DNA of 64,000 nucleotides from Candidatus Cloacimonadales bacterium (GCA_963665815.1 OY762463.1:1440001-1504000), one strand, 5' to 3'; counted from the first letter of the stretch, positions 20,600 to 31,307 are shown. Notes: generated by a model from the sequence alone, not told the origin. Made by a program: numbers and translations.

Positions 20600-21284
20600 C
20601 CTGACCTTCTTTCAAAATGTATTCTGCAATCAGCAGATCTATTGGATTTGTAATTTTAATGTTTCTATCAGAGCATATTATATATTTCACCTTATAGCCA
20701 TAGTATTCAAGTATACTTGCGTCATCAGTAAACCTATTGATACAATCATGCCTCGCTGCCTCATGGCATTTCAGAATGAGTTCTTTGCTGAATACTTGAG
20801 GTGTATGCACCTGAATCAGTTTATCTCTATCAAGAGTTTCTGTAACAATATCACCTTCAACTCTTTTTACCGTATTCTTTACTCTTGTTGCAGGTATCAC
20901 ACCACCTGTAACTTCAGCAGTTCTTATCAGCAGACTTATTTCTTCCTTTTCAATAAACGGTCTTACACCATCATGGATCAGTACAATTCCATCAGTGTCG
21001 TCGATTGCATTAAGTCCATTATACACAGACTCCTGCCTCGAAGATGCTCCGGCTGTACATACTATCGGTTTTCCCGAAAACTCCTGAAGAATCTGCTTTT
21101 TGTAACTAACTAATTCACTATCAGGTAAGACAACAATTATCTCATCTATCAGGTCATGCTTCACAAATTTGTCAATAGTACAAAACAACAAAGGACGACC
21201 ATTCAATTTCATGAATTGCTTTTTTTCTGTTGAGGACATCCTTGTTCCTCTTCCACCTGCTGTAATTATAACACTGTTACTCAT
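20589..21284 (-). CDS. ispD: 2-C-methyl-D-erythritol 4-phosphate cytidylyltransferase
   Basis: AGGRGTRM...KQF, RQESV, IHDGVRP, TPQVF, TDDAS, NIKIT. Confidence 0.95.
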   Translation of the reverse strand: MSNSVIITAGGRGTRMSSTEKKQFMKLNGRPLLFCTIDKFVKHDLIDEIIVVLPDSELVSYKKQILQEFSGKPIVCTAGASSRQESVYNGLNAIDDTDGIVLIHDGVRPFIEKEEISLLIRTAEVTGGVIPATRVKNTVKRVEGDIVTETLDRDKLIQVHTPQVFSKELILKCHEAARHDCINRFTDDASILEYYGYKVKYIICSDRNIKITNPIDLLIAEYILKEGQDDK

Positions 21285-21381
21285 ATTTATTTACCTGCAA
21301 TTATATATCTTGAAAACAAAAAGAATAAAATTTGTGTCAAGATAATATCGAAATGCAGATTTAAAATACTGCTAAAATGTG

Positions 21382-22716
21382 CTAAATACTGGAGTAAAGA
21401 AGGTATTCAATTCTGAAGTTGTTTACAATTGTATTTACTTTTTCGTAACCGTATTCAGATAAAAGTCTGCTATATAAATCAAGGTTATTTTTCCAGGTAA
21501 TTCTTTCCTGAAGACAGAAATCCGAATCAATACTCTGAAGGGTACCTGAAACAGAATGTCTGCACATATTTTTTACCCAGCACTTGTAACAGTTCTCAAT
21601 CTTTGCAGCTGCAAATTCATTCTGGGTTTTCAGTAGTTTTGCATGATCAATACCTGATTTAAAATTACCTACATTATGAAGAACATTACAAGGTGATTTC
21701 AAATAGAATTTTCCATCTCCGTTTATATGAATATTGTGAGACATATTTTCTGCGAATAAGTTATCATTTCCTTTCTCATCTCTATTGTTAACAAAATGAA
21801 TCCTTGTAAGACCTTTCAGTGCAATAAATGCATTATAAGAGATTCGTCTTTTTTGTCGCTGTCTAAGGTTTTCATTTTTCTTTGTAATGAACATCTTTCT
21901 ATTAGATAAGCATTTACCAGTTCTTTCGGACTTTACCATTAATGCTATAAGTTCTTTGATATTCAGCAGTAGTTTTATGTCTTCATCCACACATGAATTA
22001 GCTTTAAACATCCTGCTTAGTTGAGTATATTTCAGCAAGGATGCAGAAAGTCTGATATTGTTCGAGAAAAAAACATAATCATATTCACTGATAAAACTTA
22101 AGTTATCCTCCAGAAGATTGATCTCATTCTGATCCGGATTATCTAAATGCCTGCTTTTAACATTGATGTAGAAATTATGAAACACGAGAAAAGGAACAAT
22201 ATTCTTAGTAAGAGTATTACCGGAAGTATGCAGAATAAACTGGAATTTACAGGGTAATGAGGAACAGAATTCAATAATATTATAGAGCACAGAACTTTTA
22301 CAATCTGGCAACTCTCCGTATATCTCAATTGTAATCAGTTTTGAGGGGGACAAATTATCAGAATAATACAAGATACTTTTCTTAACAGAATTTATATCTG
22401 TAATGTCTCCAATATTGTTAATACATAATGATTCAGGTGTAAATAAAATGTGCTGATTTTTCACAGAATCAATAAATGAGTCCTTAATATTTTCGTATGG
22501 TGTTGAATAGATGTCGGAAAGAATCTCAGATTTATACAGGTTTTCTACATGAGGAACTAAGTCTCCGGACATGAACTCTTTATTCAGAATAGCTGAAACA
22601 TTTTCATACAGTTCTGAATTAACTTTCAGGACTTTCCCTTTATTTCCGTTAAAAAGGAAAAAATCCTTACCAGTGCTGATTTTTTTCAAAAGAAATTTAT
22701 CTGTATTCATATCCAT
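21382..22716 (-). CDS. Degenerate (pseudo) radical-SAM/SPASM-like protein resembling peptide maturases
   Basis: Start at ATG 22716 after AGGAGG. EIYGELP (cf. FYGGEP), HTSGNTL (cf. TTNGTL), INGDGKFY..PC, CYKCWVKNMC...FC (SPASM-like). No CxxxCxxC motif. Confidence 0.6.
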   Translation of the reverse strand: MDMNTDKFLLKKISTGKDFFLFNGNKGKVLKVNSELYENVSAILNKEFMSGDLVPHVENLYKSEILSDIYSTPYENIKDSFIDSVKNQHILFTPESLCINNIGDITDINSVKKSILYYSDNLSPSKLITIEIYGELPDCKSSVLYNIIEFCSSLPCKFQFILHTSGNTLTKNIVPFLVFHNFYINVKSRHLDNPDQNEINLLEDNLSFISEYDYVFFSNNIRLSASLLKYTQLSRMFKANSCVDEDIKLLLNIKELIALMVKSERTGKCLSNRKMFITKKNENLRQRQKRRISYNAFIALKGLTRIHFVNNRDEKGNDNLFAENMSHNIHINGDGKFYLKSPCNVLHNVGNFKSGIDHAKLLKTQNEFAAAKIENCYKCWVKNMCRHSVSGTLQSIDSDFCLQERITWKNNLDLYSRLLSEYGYEKVNTIVNNFRIEYLLYSSI

Positions 22717-22855
22717 TAAAGAAAACCTCCTGCACACCATAATTTATAAATTTTAGTAAAGTTACATAGAAGGAGTAATGAATCTTTACTTCACAAACCT
22801 GACATTTTGATATGCAGGAGGCAGATTAGAGTTAACCCCACTCCGCAAAAGTTTA

Positions 22856-23074
22856 TTATTTTTTATGTTTAAATATATATGCTTTACCGTCTACAACAAT
22901 GATAGTAACGTCTTCTTCATTTGTAAGCTTTATAACATCAATATAATCATAGTCAATTTCTTCAATATTATCAACGCTGATAACAGGTAACTCATCTATA
23001 TTTGTAGCAAAATCAGTTGCAAAAACACAAGATATTACGAAAAAGATTTGACATAAAATAAAAAGTTTTTTCAT
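22856..23074 (-). CDS. Small secreted acidic protein (72 aa)
   Basis: RBS GGAG, signal peptide MKKLFILCQIFFVISCVFA, D/E-rich mature part; divergent from the sigma factor. Confidence 0.7.
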   Translation of the reverse strand: MKKLFILCQIFFVISCVFATDFATNIDELPVISVDNIEEIDYDYIDVIKLTNEEDVTIIVVDGKAYIFKHKK

Positions 23075-23135
23075 TATTTACTCCAGTAAGTTTTCTTTAT
23101 TATTAAACCCAGTAAATTAAAACAGGGGACGAAAA

Positions 23136-24110
23136 ATGGCGCAACTAAAAGGTTATCAAGAAGTTATATCTCATTCATTTAAAGTATCGATGACATATTT
23201 AAAAAATATTCATGATTCCGAAGATATTTCTCAACAGGTTGCAATGCTTTTTTATTTATCGAAAGATAAAATATCTCCTGAATCTCAAAATTCCTGGATT
23301 CACGTAGTAACAAAGAATAAATGTCTGAAACAACTAGATTTACAGAAAAAAAATGTTAATTTTGATTGTGTTCAGGATTTTATCCCTGATGAATTTACTG
23401 AAATTGAAGAGAATATTGAAAACATTGAGCCAGATGGAAACATACTTCTTGAGTACATTGATGTCCTTAAACGACCGGACAAAAAATTGTTCATGGATTA
23501 TGTTAAAGCCGGTCAAAAAATTAAAGCTCTCTGTAAACAAAAGAAACTGAAATACGATTCTACAAAAAAGAAGATTTTCCGTATTAAAAAGGACCTAAAA
23601 GCCAGGTATTTCATGGAAAAGGGAATGATTGGCACAAAGAATATCCTCTCGTCCAAACTGCAGGAAAATATCCAGAACTTTATTAAAGTATTTCGGGAAT
23701 CAATCAGCAATAATTCTCTTCCTAAAATGAGAAAGTACTTTGGAAGAATTATCTCTGAAAATGAAATACCAAAATTTAATATTTCGGAAGTCATTGAATA
23801 CGATGTCAAATCTATAAGTAAAAATACATTTAGAATTTATGTTTACTTTTGGGATAATGAAAGAATGAAATCACTGTTTTTTGATATAAATGTAGATCAG
23901 AATCAGGTCAAAATCACAGAACTGCCCTGTTACTCAGAAAAAGTTAATGTATATGATGTTGAAAATACTTCAGATTTAGTATTAGATCAGTTTCAGGAAG
24001 ATAAAAGAACCGGAGTTATCAACCTCAATCAAAAACAAATAATCGAACTTCTACCTCATAGTGGTTTCATTGAAGAGTACTATATAGATGATTCGGAACC
24101 ATCTTCCTGA
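23136..24110 (+). CDS. ECF-type sigma-70 factor with a long C-terminal extension
   Basis: Region 2-like DSEDISQQV...SWIHVVTKNKC; region 4-like L...IKALCKQKKLKYDSTKKKIFRIKKDL; ~160-aa extension. Confidence 0.7.
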   Translation: MAQLKGYQEVISHSFKVSMTYLKNIHDSEDISQQVAMLFYLSKDKISPESQNSWIHVVTKNKCLKQLDLQKKNVNFDCVQDFIPDEFTEIEENIENIEPDGNILLEYIDVLKRPDKKLFMDYVKAGQKIKALCKQKKLKYDSTKKKIFRIKKDLKARYFMEKGMIGTKNILSSKLQENIQNFIKVFRESISNNSLPKMRKYFGRIISENEIPKFNISEVIEYDVKSISKNTFRIYVYFWDNERMKSLFFDINVDQNQVKITELPCYSEKVNVYDVENTSDLVLDQFQEDKRTGVINLNQKQIIELLPHSGFIEEYYIDDSEPSS

Positions 24111-24472
24111 TCGTTTCCCAACATGAAATCAAGTACTGCTTTCAGCTTTCCCTTATGAATTGGTTTTAGCAAATAGAAATCCGCCCCACATTTCTTCATC
24201 TCATCTACATAATCCTCGTCTTGAGTTGAACTGATAACTACTATTTTTGATCTCAAGTGATTTTGCTTAATCTTTTTAGTTGCCTCCAAACCATTCATCA
24301 CAGGCATAGCATAGTCCATTGTAACAACATCAGGGAGTAATTTTTTATATTTTACTGTTGCAAGAAAACCATTTTCGGCTTCTCCAACCACTTCATGCCC
24401 CAGCTCTTCAAGCATCCTTCTGAGTAATTTTCTCATTGTCTGAGAATCATCTACAATCATTATTGTCGCCAT
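24080..24472 (-). CDS. Single-domain CheY-like response regulator
   Basis: IMIVDDS, VTMDYAMPVMNG, LLKP. Confidence 0.9.
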   Translation of the reverse strand: MATIMIVDDSQTMRKLLRRMLEELGHEVVGEAENGFLATVKYKKLLPDVVTMDYAMPVMNGLEATKKIKQNHLRSKIVVISSTQDEDYVDEMKKCGADFYLLKPIHKGKLKAVLDFMLGNDQEDGSESSI

Positions 24473-24473
24473 A

Positions 24474-26309
24474 CTAATCCTTACTTTTCAAGCCGGCTTC
24501 AATCTTGTCATACTCACTATTTATCTTATTAATCTTTTCATTAAGACCCTTTACTGCAAAACTGTATTCATTAAGGATTTCTATTAACAGGCTATTTGCA
24601 TTTGCAGAAACATTCTGAATAGCCGAAAGCTTGTTTTCTATTTCTGTTGTTAAATCATTCAGGTTGCTGCCATCAACGGGGACATCATTTAGTAAAGAAT
24701 TCATTGAACTGAATCTCTCTTTGATTTTCTCGAAAGACGGAAGATAGATATTGCTTTCAAGATAAGAGCTTATATTATCAATTATCTGTGATACTTCATT
24801 AATAGAAGCATTCTGTTTAGATAATTTGTCTGATATTATTCTGGCTTTTGCTTTCATATCCATGTTAAGGGTATCCAGAGCCTTCAATTTTTCCACCAGC
24901 ATTTGCTCTGATGAGAATATTATCTGGTTGATATTTTCTGTTTTCTTTGTCAGAGCTTTATTGTTATTCTCGGATTGGATGTAGATTTCATTCATCCTTC
25001 CGGACAACTTTTTCAAATCTTCTGAAAGCTTTCTTATCTGTGTTGAATTATTCTGTGGTTCCCCGGTAACAGAAATATTTATCGCAATCATTAATAACTC
25101 TTCAGCAAAATCAGAAATTCTGCTGTGCAGTTTAATGTTATTGTTTAAGTCTGATTCTATAGCCTTGATAGTGGAACCGGTTTCCCTGATCTTTGCTGCT
25201 TCATCTCCAATGTCAGACAATATTGGTTTAATATCAATTAGATTAGTATCCTTCTCAAGTACTTCATTATTTCTTTTATTAGTATCCTTAAGATCAGCCA
25301 GAATAGTACAGATAAAAGATGTAATCCCCTTATCTCTATCAACAGCCTTGTTATACTCTTTTTTCATGAAATCATGATATTCAATGAATGAAGCCTTTAT
25401 CTCTGCAAACTTATCAACTAATTCGTCATTTGAGAACTCAAGGTTGAACTTTGTACCGGCATTTCTTAAATCAAAAATCAACTGCTTTAATTTTTCATTG
25501 ATTCTTTGATAATCATTAAGTTTATCATAATTAATCTGTAATTCCTGAATTGTTGCCTTGCCTGATTTGAAATGTTCAATAAGGTCATCTGCAGAAGAGC
25601 AGACATTGTTTTGCAATGACGACAGTATCTCATTAATATGTTCTGCAATAGTACCGAATTCAAAGTCATTTGCAATACTTATCGGATTCTCTGTTATCGC
25701 TTCCGAATCTTTCAGACGTTCCAGATTCTCTATAAGTTCATAAACTGGTGTAATAATACTATCAGAGTTGTGCTTCATTGTCAAATTACTGATTATTGAT
25801 ATTACAAGTGTAATACCAGCAAGCAACAGTAAACTGATGAAAAATCCGTTAACACCTTCCGATTTAACATCAGCAGTTTCACCGGAAAAAACATCTGATA
25901 CTATATAAGGCATTATTGATTCGTATTTATTCTTTATAACATCAATTTTTTGCGAGAATAGACTATCCTGCCTCAAAACCTGAATATCTGTGTTAATATT
26001 CTGTAGTATCTGATCAATTTTGTCGAAATTACCTGAGTTTTGAATTTCCGGTGTATTCTTCCATAGAAAAGGGAAAGACTTATAATCTCTGATCACATCA
26101 GGAATATTAACCGAGTGTGCTGATTGAATTTTCTCCAATGTTGAGAAATATTCTTCATAAACTTTTACACTTGCAGAGCTATCATTTGTTTCCCTTTGAT
26201 TGTTCACATTCAGAAGAACCACAAAAGCAGAAATCAACAAAAAGCAGCAGCTTATTATGTTTACATATCCGTAAAATCTTAGTTTTCTTTTCAAATCAGT
26301 ATTTTTCAT
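24474..26309 (-). CDS. Membrane protein with methyl-accepting chemotaxis protein-like architecture and a degenerate signalling tip
   Basis: Two TM helices, HAMP-like NDFEFGTIAEHINEIL, long coiled coil, FAEELLMIAINISV...KLSEDLKKLS resembling IAEQTNLLALNAAI...VADEVRKLA. Confidence 0.6.
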   Translation of the reverse strand: MKNTDLKRKLRFYGYVNIISCCFLLISAFVVLLNVNNQRETNDSSASVKVYEEYFSTLEKIQSAHSVNIPDVIRDYKSFPFLWKNTPEIQNSGNFDKIDQILQNINTDIQVLRQDSLFSQKIDVIKNKYESIMPYIVSDVFSGETADVKSEGVNGFFISLLLLAGITLVISIISNLTMKHNSDSIITPVYELIENLERLKDSEAITENPISIANDFEFGTIAEHINEILSSLQNNVCSSADDLIEHFKSGKATIQELQINYDKLNDYQRINEKLKQLIFDLRNAGTKFNLEFSNDELVDKFAEIKASFIEYHDFMKKEYNKAVDRDKGITSFICTILADLKDTNKRNNEVLEKDTNLIDIKPILSDIGDEAAKIRETGSTIKAIESDLNNNIKLHSRISDFAEELLMIAINISVTGEPQNNSTQIRKLSEDLKKLSGRMNEIYIQSENNNKALTKKTENINQIIFSSEQMLVEKLKALDTLNMDMKAKARIISDKLSKQNASINEVSQIIDNISSYLESNIYLPSFEKIKERFSSMNSLLNDVPVDGSNLNDLTTEIENKLSAIQNVSANANSLLIEILNEYSFAVKGLNEKINKINSEYDKIEAGLKSKD

Positions 26310-26418
26310 ATTAACCTTCCGGCAAAAATATATAAGACAAGGAAGATAATTCTGGACAACTTGACAAGTATTTTCTAAATAGTGAATATAGAATAATAAA
26401 CTTTAAACAGGAGTGAGT

Positions 26419-26712
26419 ATGGCTAAAAAAGATCCTGTAATCTATGTAACCGGAAATAAAACAATAGATGTTCTATCTTATATCTTATTGATAGCAGGTG
26501 TATTGTGCATGATTTTCTTTTTTGTTATTTACCCTTTTACTGATCTCAACAAATTGAGAAATGTTAATGAAATGGGTGAAGTACCTGAAGAAGATAATTT
26601 TGCTATTCTATGCGGGTCTTTGGGACTGATTATCGGTTTAGTTCTATATTTACTGCTACAGAGCGTTATTCAGATACGAGTAAAAAAACTGATTGAAACC
26701 CTGAACCAGTAG
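26419..26712 (+). CDS. Small two-TM membrane protein
   Basis: RBS AGGAG; two hydrophobic segments. Confidence 0.65.
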   Translation: MAKKDPVIYVTGNKTIDVLSYILLIAGVLCMIFFFVIYPFTDLNKLRNVNEMGEVPEEDNFAILCGSLGLIIGLVLYLLLQSVIQIRVKKLIETLNQ

Positions 26713-26718
26713 GTAAAT

Positions 26719-27015
26719 ATGAATGTTATATGTAATCTCGTTGTTGTGACTTATGATATTGGACCAAGTCTTTCACCATTTGTCGCAGAAGTTATAAAAG
26801 TTATTAAAGAAGACAGTAAAGTTAAGCATCAGCTTAATCCCATGGGATCTACACTTGAAGGAGATTTTGATGATGTGATGAAACTTGTTGGAAGAATATT
26901 CCACAAATTCTCGAAGGACTTTGAACGCCTTGGTATCACACTGCATATTGATTACAGGAAATCTAAAATTAACCGAATGCAGGGTAAAATTCAAGCAGTA
27001 GAAGAAAAACTGTGA
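26719..27015 (+). CDS. MTH1187/YkoF-like thiamine-binding protein (DUF77)
   Basis: SLSPFVAEVI...HQLNPMGSTLEGD...IDYR...KIQAVEEKL. Confidence 0.85.
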   Translation: MNVICNLVVVTYDIGPSLSPFVAEVIKVIKEDSKVKHQLNPMGSTLEGDFDDVMKLVGRIFHKFSKDFERLGITLHIDYRKSKINRMQGKIQAVEEKL

Positions 27016-27263
27016 TAATCAGTTTGATATAATATTTTGTACGGTGTATTGCAATATTTCTTGCGAAACTCTTTTTTGCACTTAAATTATCATTACAAAA
27101 GCTTTGTATGATGCAAAATCAAACTATTTTGACATCCGGGTATCGAAATGATTTTCTAATCAATTAGAAAATTCTCCAATCCCTGTTTGTCTCTGTTGAA
27201 ATCTGACATGTTCTGAAGATTTATGACTTTTGCAAAGATTTGTAACGAATAAATGAGGTATAT

Positions 27264-27632
27264 ATGAAAAAAATACTGGTTATAGATGATGATCCCAGCA
27301 TGCTGAAAGTTCTCAGTATCCTTCTGGCTGGACAAGGATATGATGTAATAACAACGGTGGATAGCCAAGAAGGTATGGATAAACTGGAATCAGAAGATTT
27401 TGACATGCTGATTGCCGATATAATCATGCCAGAAAAAACCGGAACTGAAATCATTCAGGAAACCCATATCAGTTTTCCTGAGCTCCCAATAATTGCAATT
27501 TCGGGAGGAGGTTTCTGGGAAGCAGAAAATTACCTGAAAACAGCTAATGCGGCAGGTGCCTGTAAAACATTCAAAAAGCCTTTTGAACCTGATGAACTCG
27601 TTGAGACGGTTAACGAGATTCTAAATGATTGA
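27264..27632 (+). CDS. Single-domain response regulator
   Basis: ILVIDDD, DIIMPEKTG, IIAISGGG, KPF. Confidence 0.9.
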   Translation: MKKILVIDDDPSMLKVLSILLAGQGYDVITTVDSQEGMDKLESEDFDMLIADIIMPEKTGTEIIQETHISFPELPIIAISGGGFWEAENYLKTANAAGACKTFKKPFEPDELVETVNEILND

Positions 27633-27699
27633 AAAAGGTTGTCACATTTAATTCAATAATTTATTTACAAAACTTATCGGAAAAATTATTCAGGAGATT

Positions 27700-30450
27700 A
27701 TGAAATTTAACATAATCTTCTTTTTTATTTTTATAGTCACAGGAATCTATTCTATAGAAAATACCGTTACTGAAAAGTATGATGCCGGAGCTAATGACAG
27801 TAGAATTACTGCTCAAGTCATGGCTGATGAACTTGTAAAAGAAAAAATCATTGAGACACTCAGCAAGAAATATAATATTTCTCCTGAAAAAGCTCCATTG
27901 CTGTCAGTTCTCATCTTCAGAAAGGAAATCCGGACTGACTGGGGTGGAGATTTTTTTACAACGACTAACAAATACTCTGAAATTGAATCTTTCAAAAGCA
28001 AACTGCATGAAGTAAGGACTGATTCAATTCTTGTTAATCACATTTTCAGATCACAGAGCAGAATTGATTCTGCTAAAAATGAAATTACAAAACTTCAGAA
28101 AATTCTTACCGGGAAAATGACTCTCCTTTCTCAAAAACAGTACTTTGATAATGTACTGAATATTGCATCAGAAAATCTGTTCCAGACAGCTATCTACCAC
28201 TATTTGAATGCATCTCCTGATTCTGCTCTTGTAAAACTTTCCGAAGCATCTGAACTGATTTCAGACAATGCTGCAATATATTTTTTTACCGGTATGACTT
28301 ATATGAAAAAACTTGATTATAAGAATACTATTGCAAACTTCGAGAAAGCATTATGGCTGAATGATAAATATACTTCTGTATACTTCTATTGTGCTCAGGC
28401 ATATCTTGCCTTGAACAATATTGAGAAAGCAATTGAGTATCTGGAAAAGTACTTGACAGTCGAAAAAAGAAACTTCATGGCATGGTACTATGCTGCAACC
28501 TATTACCAATCACAAAACAATCAAGAGAAGGCTCTGGAATACTATCTCGAATCCTATAACCTCAATAAAAGTTATATGCCTGTACTGGAATACCTGGCAG
28601 GATATTTTAAGAAAGAAAAAGATTATGAGAAAGTTATCGAGTTCTACGAAAAAATTGCTGACCTCGAGCCAGACAATGAAGATGCTTTTAAAACTCTCGG
28701 TTTAGCATATACTTATGTAGGAGAAATGGGAAAATCAATCAAAGCATTTGAAGCTGCAATAAAAATAGACTCTACTGATTCTGAGATCTATTATAATTTG
28801 GGACAAAGCTGTAAATTTGTGAAACAAAACAGAAAGGCAATTGATGCATTCAAGAAAGCCATGAGACTCGAACCGGAAAATATGGAATACATGACTAATC
28901 TTGCTCAAATGTATGACCTGGAAAATGAAAATGAAAACAGCATTGAAATTTACAATAGAATATTGGAGAAAACACCCGGTGATCACGCTGTATTGTTCAG
29001 GCTGAAAGATTTGTATAAAACGACCCGGAACGACACTAAATTGATAGAAACACTCAATAGTATTCTGGATTACTTCCCGGAAGAAACACATTTTTATACA
29101 CAGATTGGTGATGTTTATCAGAAAAACGGAGATTATCCGGCTGCGATAGCTTCCTTCAAAAAGAAAGTCAGTCTCGACAATGAAGATGCTGGTGTTTATT
29201 ACAAGTTAGCTTTATTGTATGAAGTAACTGACAGCACAGACAAGGTAATTGAGTTTCTCAAGAAAACAGTTGAGTTTGATTATAAAAATTCTGATGCACA
29301 TGAAAAACTGGGAGAACTGTATTACACTGACAACAATTTTCAGGCAGCAATAAACAGCATGGAAAACGCAATTACTACTGGAGATATCAGTTCCAGCAAT
29401 TACAATAATCTTGGACTGTCCTATGCCTTCATGGGTAAAAACGATAAAGCAGTGACAGCATATAAAAAGGCCTTAACAAAGAATCCAGCAGCGGCAATCA
29501 CACACAATAATCTTGGTTTATCCTATGCATATCTGCGCGATGATGACAAAGCTATCTCTTCATTCAAAAAAGCAGTTGAAAATGACCCGAAATTCTCATC
29601 TGCATACTATAATCTTGGACTGTTGTACAATATAAAAGGATATTACAAAGATGCCCTGAATGCATTCAACAATTCACTTGCAATAGAACCCGGGCAATCT
29701 GAAACACTGGCGATGACTGCAAGAATCCAGGTAGAATTGAACAATTTACCTGAAGCAGTTAAAGTACTGAAATCTGCTATTGAAATTAATCCGGACAAGA
29801 CTGAACTCTATAATTCTCTCGGAGAAATTTACTTCAAGCAGGGAAACTACAATCTTGCAATCTCAACTTATGAAAGATCCATAGCAGTAGATTCACTACA
29901 GTCTTTTGTATATAGTCAACTTGGTAACGCTTATGAGAAGAAAAATAACAAGACTCTTGCTGAGAAAGCTTACAGGAATGCTCTGAAAATAGATAAAAAC
30001 GATGCAATTGCGAACTATAATATGGGGCTCTCCTATTCTGCAAATGGAGATTATGACAAAGCTATATCTTCATACAGAAAATACATCAACCTTTTCCCAT
30101 ATGATGCATCATCATACAATAACATGGGTGAAGCCTACGCAGAAAAACAGAATTTTGAGGAAGCCCTTAATTATTACCAGAAAGCTGTAGATATCGACTC
30201 GAAGTACGTTGATGCTTTTTACAACATGGGAAAAGTCTACTTTAAGAAAAAATACTATTCACTGGCCATAAACTATTTTCTTAAGACCATTGAACTCAGT
30301 CCCGGTCACTCGGAAGCATATTACAACATTGGAGTTGCATATTCCAAAGTGAATGAACCTGACAGTATGATTAAATACATTAAGAAAGCAGCCAGACTTG
30401 GAAACACTGCTTCTCAGAACCTTTTAAGAACCATGAAAGTGAAATGGTAA
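27700..30450 (+). CDS. Secreted multi-TPR protein
   Basis: Signal peptide; about 20 TPR-like repeats (AYYNLG..Y...G.Y..A). Confidence 0.9.
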   Translation: MKFNIIFFFIFIVTGIYSIENTVTEKYDAGANDSRITAQVMADELVKEKIIETLSKKYNISPEKAPLLSVLIFRKEIRTDWGGDFFTTTNKYSEIESFKSKLHEVRTDSILVNHIFRSQSRIDSAKNEITKLQKILTGKMTLLSQKQYFDNVLNIASENLFQTAIYHYLNASPDSALVKLSEASELISDNAAIYFFTGMTYMKKLDYKNTIANFEKALWLNDKYTSVYFYCAQAYLALNNIEKAIEYLEKYLTVEKRNFMAWYYAATYYQSQNNQEKALEYYLESYNLNKSYMPVLEYLAGYFKKEKDYEKVIEFYEKIADLEPDNEDAFKTLGLAYTYVGEMGKSIKAFEAAIKIDSTDSEIYYNLGQSCKFVKQNRKAIDAFKKAMRLEPENMEYMTNLAQMYDLENENENSIEIYNRILEKTPGDHAVLFRLKDLYKTTRNDTKLIETLNSILDYFPEETHFYTQIGDVYQKNGDYPAAIASFKKKVSLDNEDAGVYYKLALLYEVTDSTDKVIEFLKKTVEFDYKNSDAHEKLGELYYTDNNFQAAINSMENAITTGDISSSNYNNLGLSYAFMGKNDKAVTAYKKALTKNPAAAITHNNLGLSYAYLRDDDKAISSFKKAVENDPKFSSAYYNLGLLYNIKGYYKDALNAFNNSLAIEPGQSETLAMTARIQVELNNLPEAVKVLKSAIEINPDKTELYNSLGEIYFKQGNYNLAISTYERSIAVDSLQSFVYSQLGNAYEKKNNKTLAEKAYRNALKIDKNDAIANYNMGLSYSANGDYDKAISSYRKYINLFPYDASSYNNMGEAYAEKQNFEEALNYYQKAVDIDSKYVDAFYNMGKVYFKKKYYSLAINYFLKTIELSPGHSEAYYNIGVAYSKVNEPDSMIKYIKKAARLGNTASQNLLRTMKVKW

Positions 30451-30767
30451 CTTTAATTGAAACGTTACGCAATATATGTTGTTATATTATGAGAGTTTTC
30501 ATAAAATCAAAATCAAGCAGTATTGGTTTAAAAAATATAGGGGAGATTTTTGAATTCAACAAGAAAACTTCTTATAGAAGCTTGTCTTAAGTCAGAATTT
30601 GATGAATTCTAAAATTGAGTCAGTGACTCCAAATATGCAGAGATCTCATTAACTACATCATAATATTATTGGAAGAGCTGCCAAAAAAAACTTGCCCTTT
30701 ATTATGGTATAAAAAAAGTTACTTATTGATAATAGATAATAAAAAAAAGATATAAATTGGAGGAATA

Positions 30768-31282
30768 ATGAAAAAAGGAATACTTGCAATAGTACTGATC
30801 CTTTTATGTGTATCCGTATTTGCAAATCCATTAAAAATTGCTTATGTTGATACTCGAAGAGTTGCTGATGAGTATAACAAAGCTGTTGAAGCTAAACAAA
30901 AACTAAAAGTTGCAGAAGATATCTGGATGAAGAACTTCAGGGTTACCTCAAGGATATGCAGGAAAAATATGATAGTTTTCAGATTAACGAATCTGTGTGG
31001 ACTGAAGATAAAAAGAAACAGGCTCAGCAAGAAATATACGGACTTCAGGAACGTTATGAATCAAGAAAACGTGAAGTTTATGGACAGAATGGACTTTATG
31101 ACAAAAAATACACTGAAATCATGAAACCTATTATTGAAGAAGCTCAGAAAGTTGTTTCTGAAATTGCAAAAAGAGAAAAATATACAATAGTGCTTGATTC
31201 TGTAACAGAGATTATTATCTATCTTGACGAAAGTATCGATATTACAGATACCGTCATTGCAGAATTAAATAAAAGACCATAG
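30768..31282 (+). pseudogene. skp: OmpH/Skp outer-membrane chaperone, split by a 1-nt frameshift
   Basis: N-part KIAYVD (30768) and C-part ...IAKREKYTIVLD...DITDTVIAELNK lie in different frames. Adding one G at ATCTGGATGAA (~30926) restores IWDEELQGYLKDMQEKY. Confidence 0.8.
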
Positions 31283-31307
31283 ATTTTCATGATTAGCATA
31301 TTTTTAC

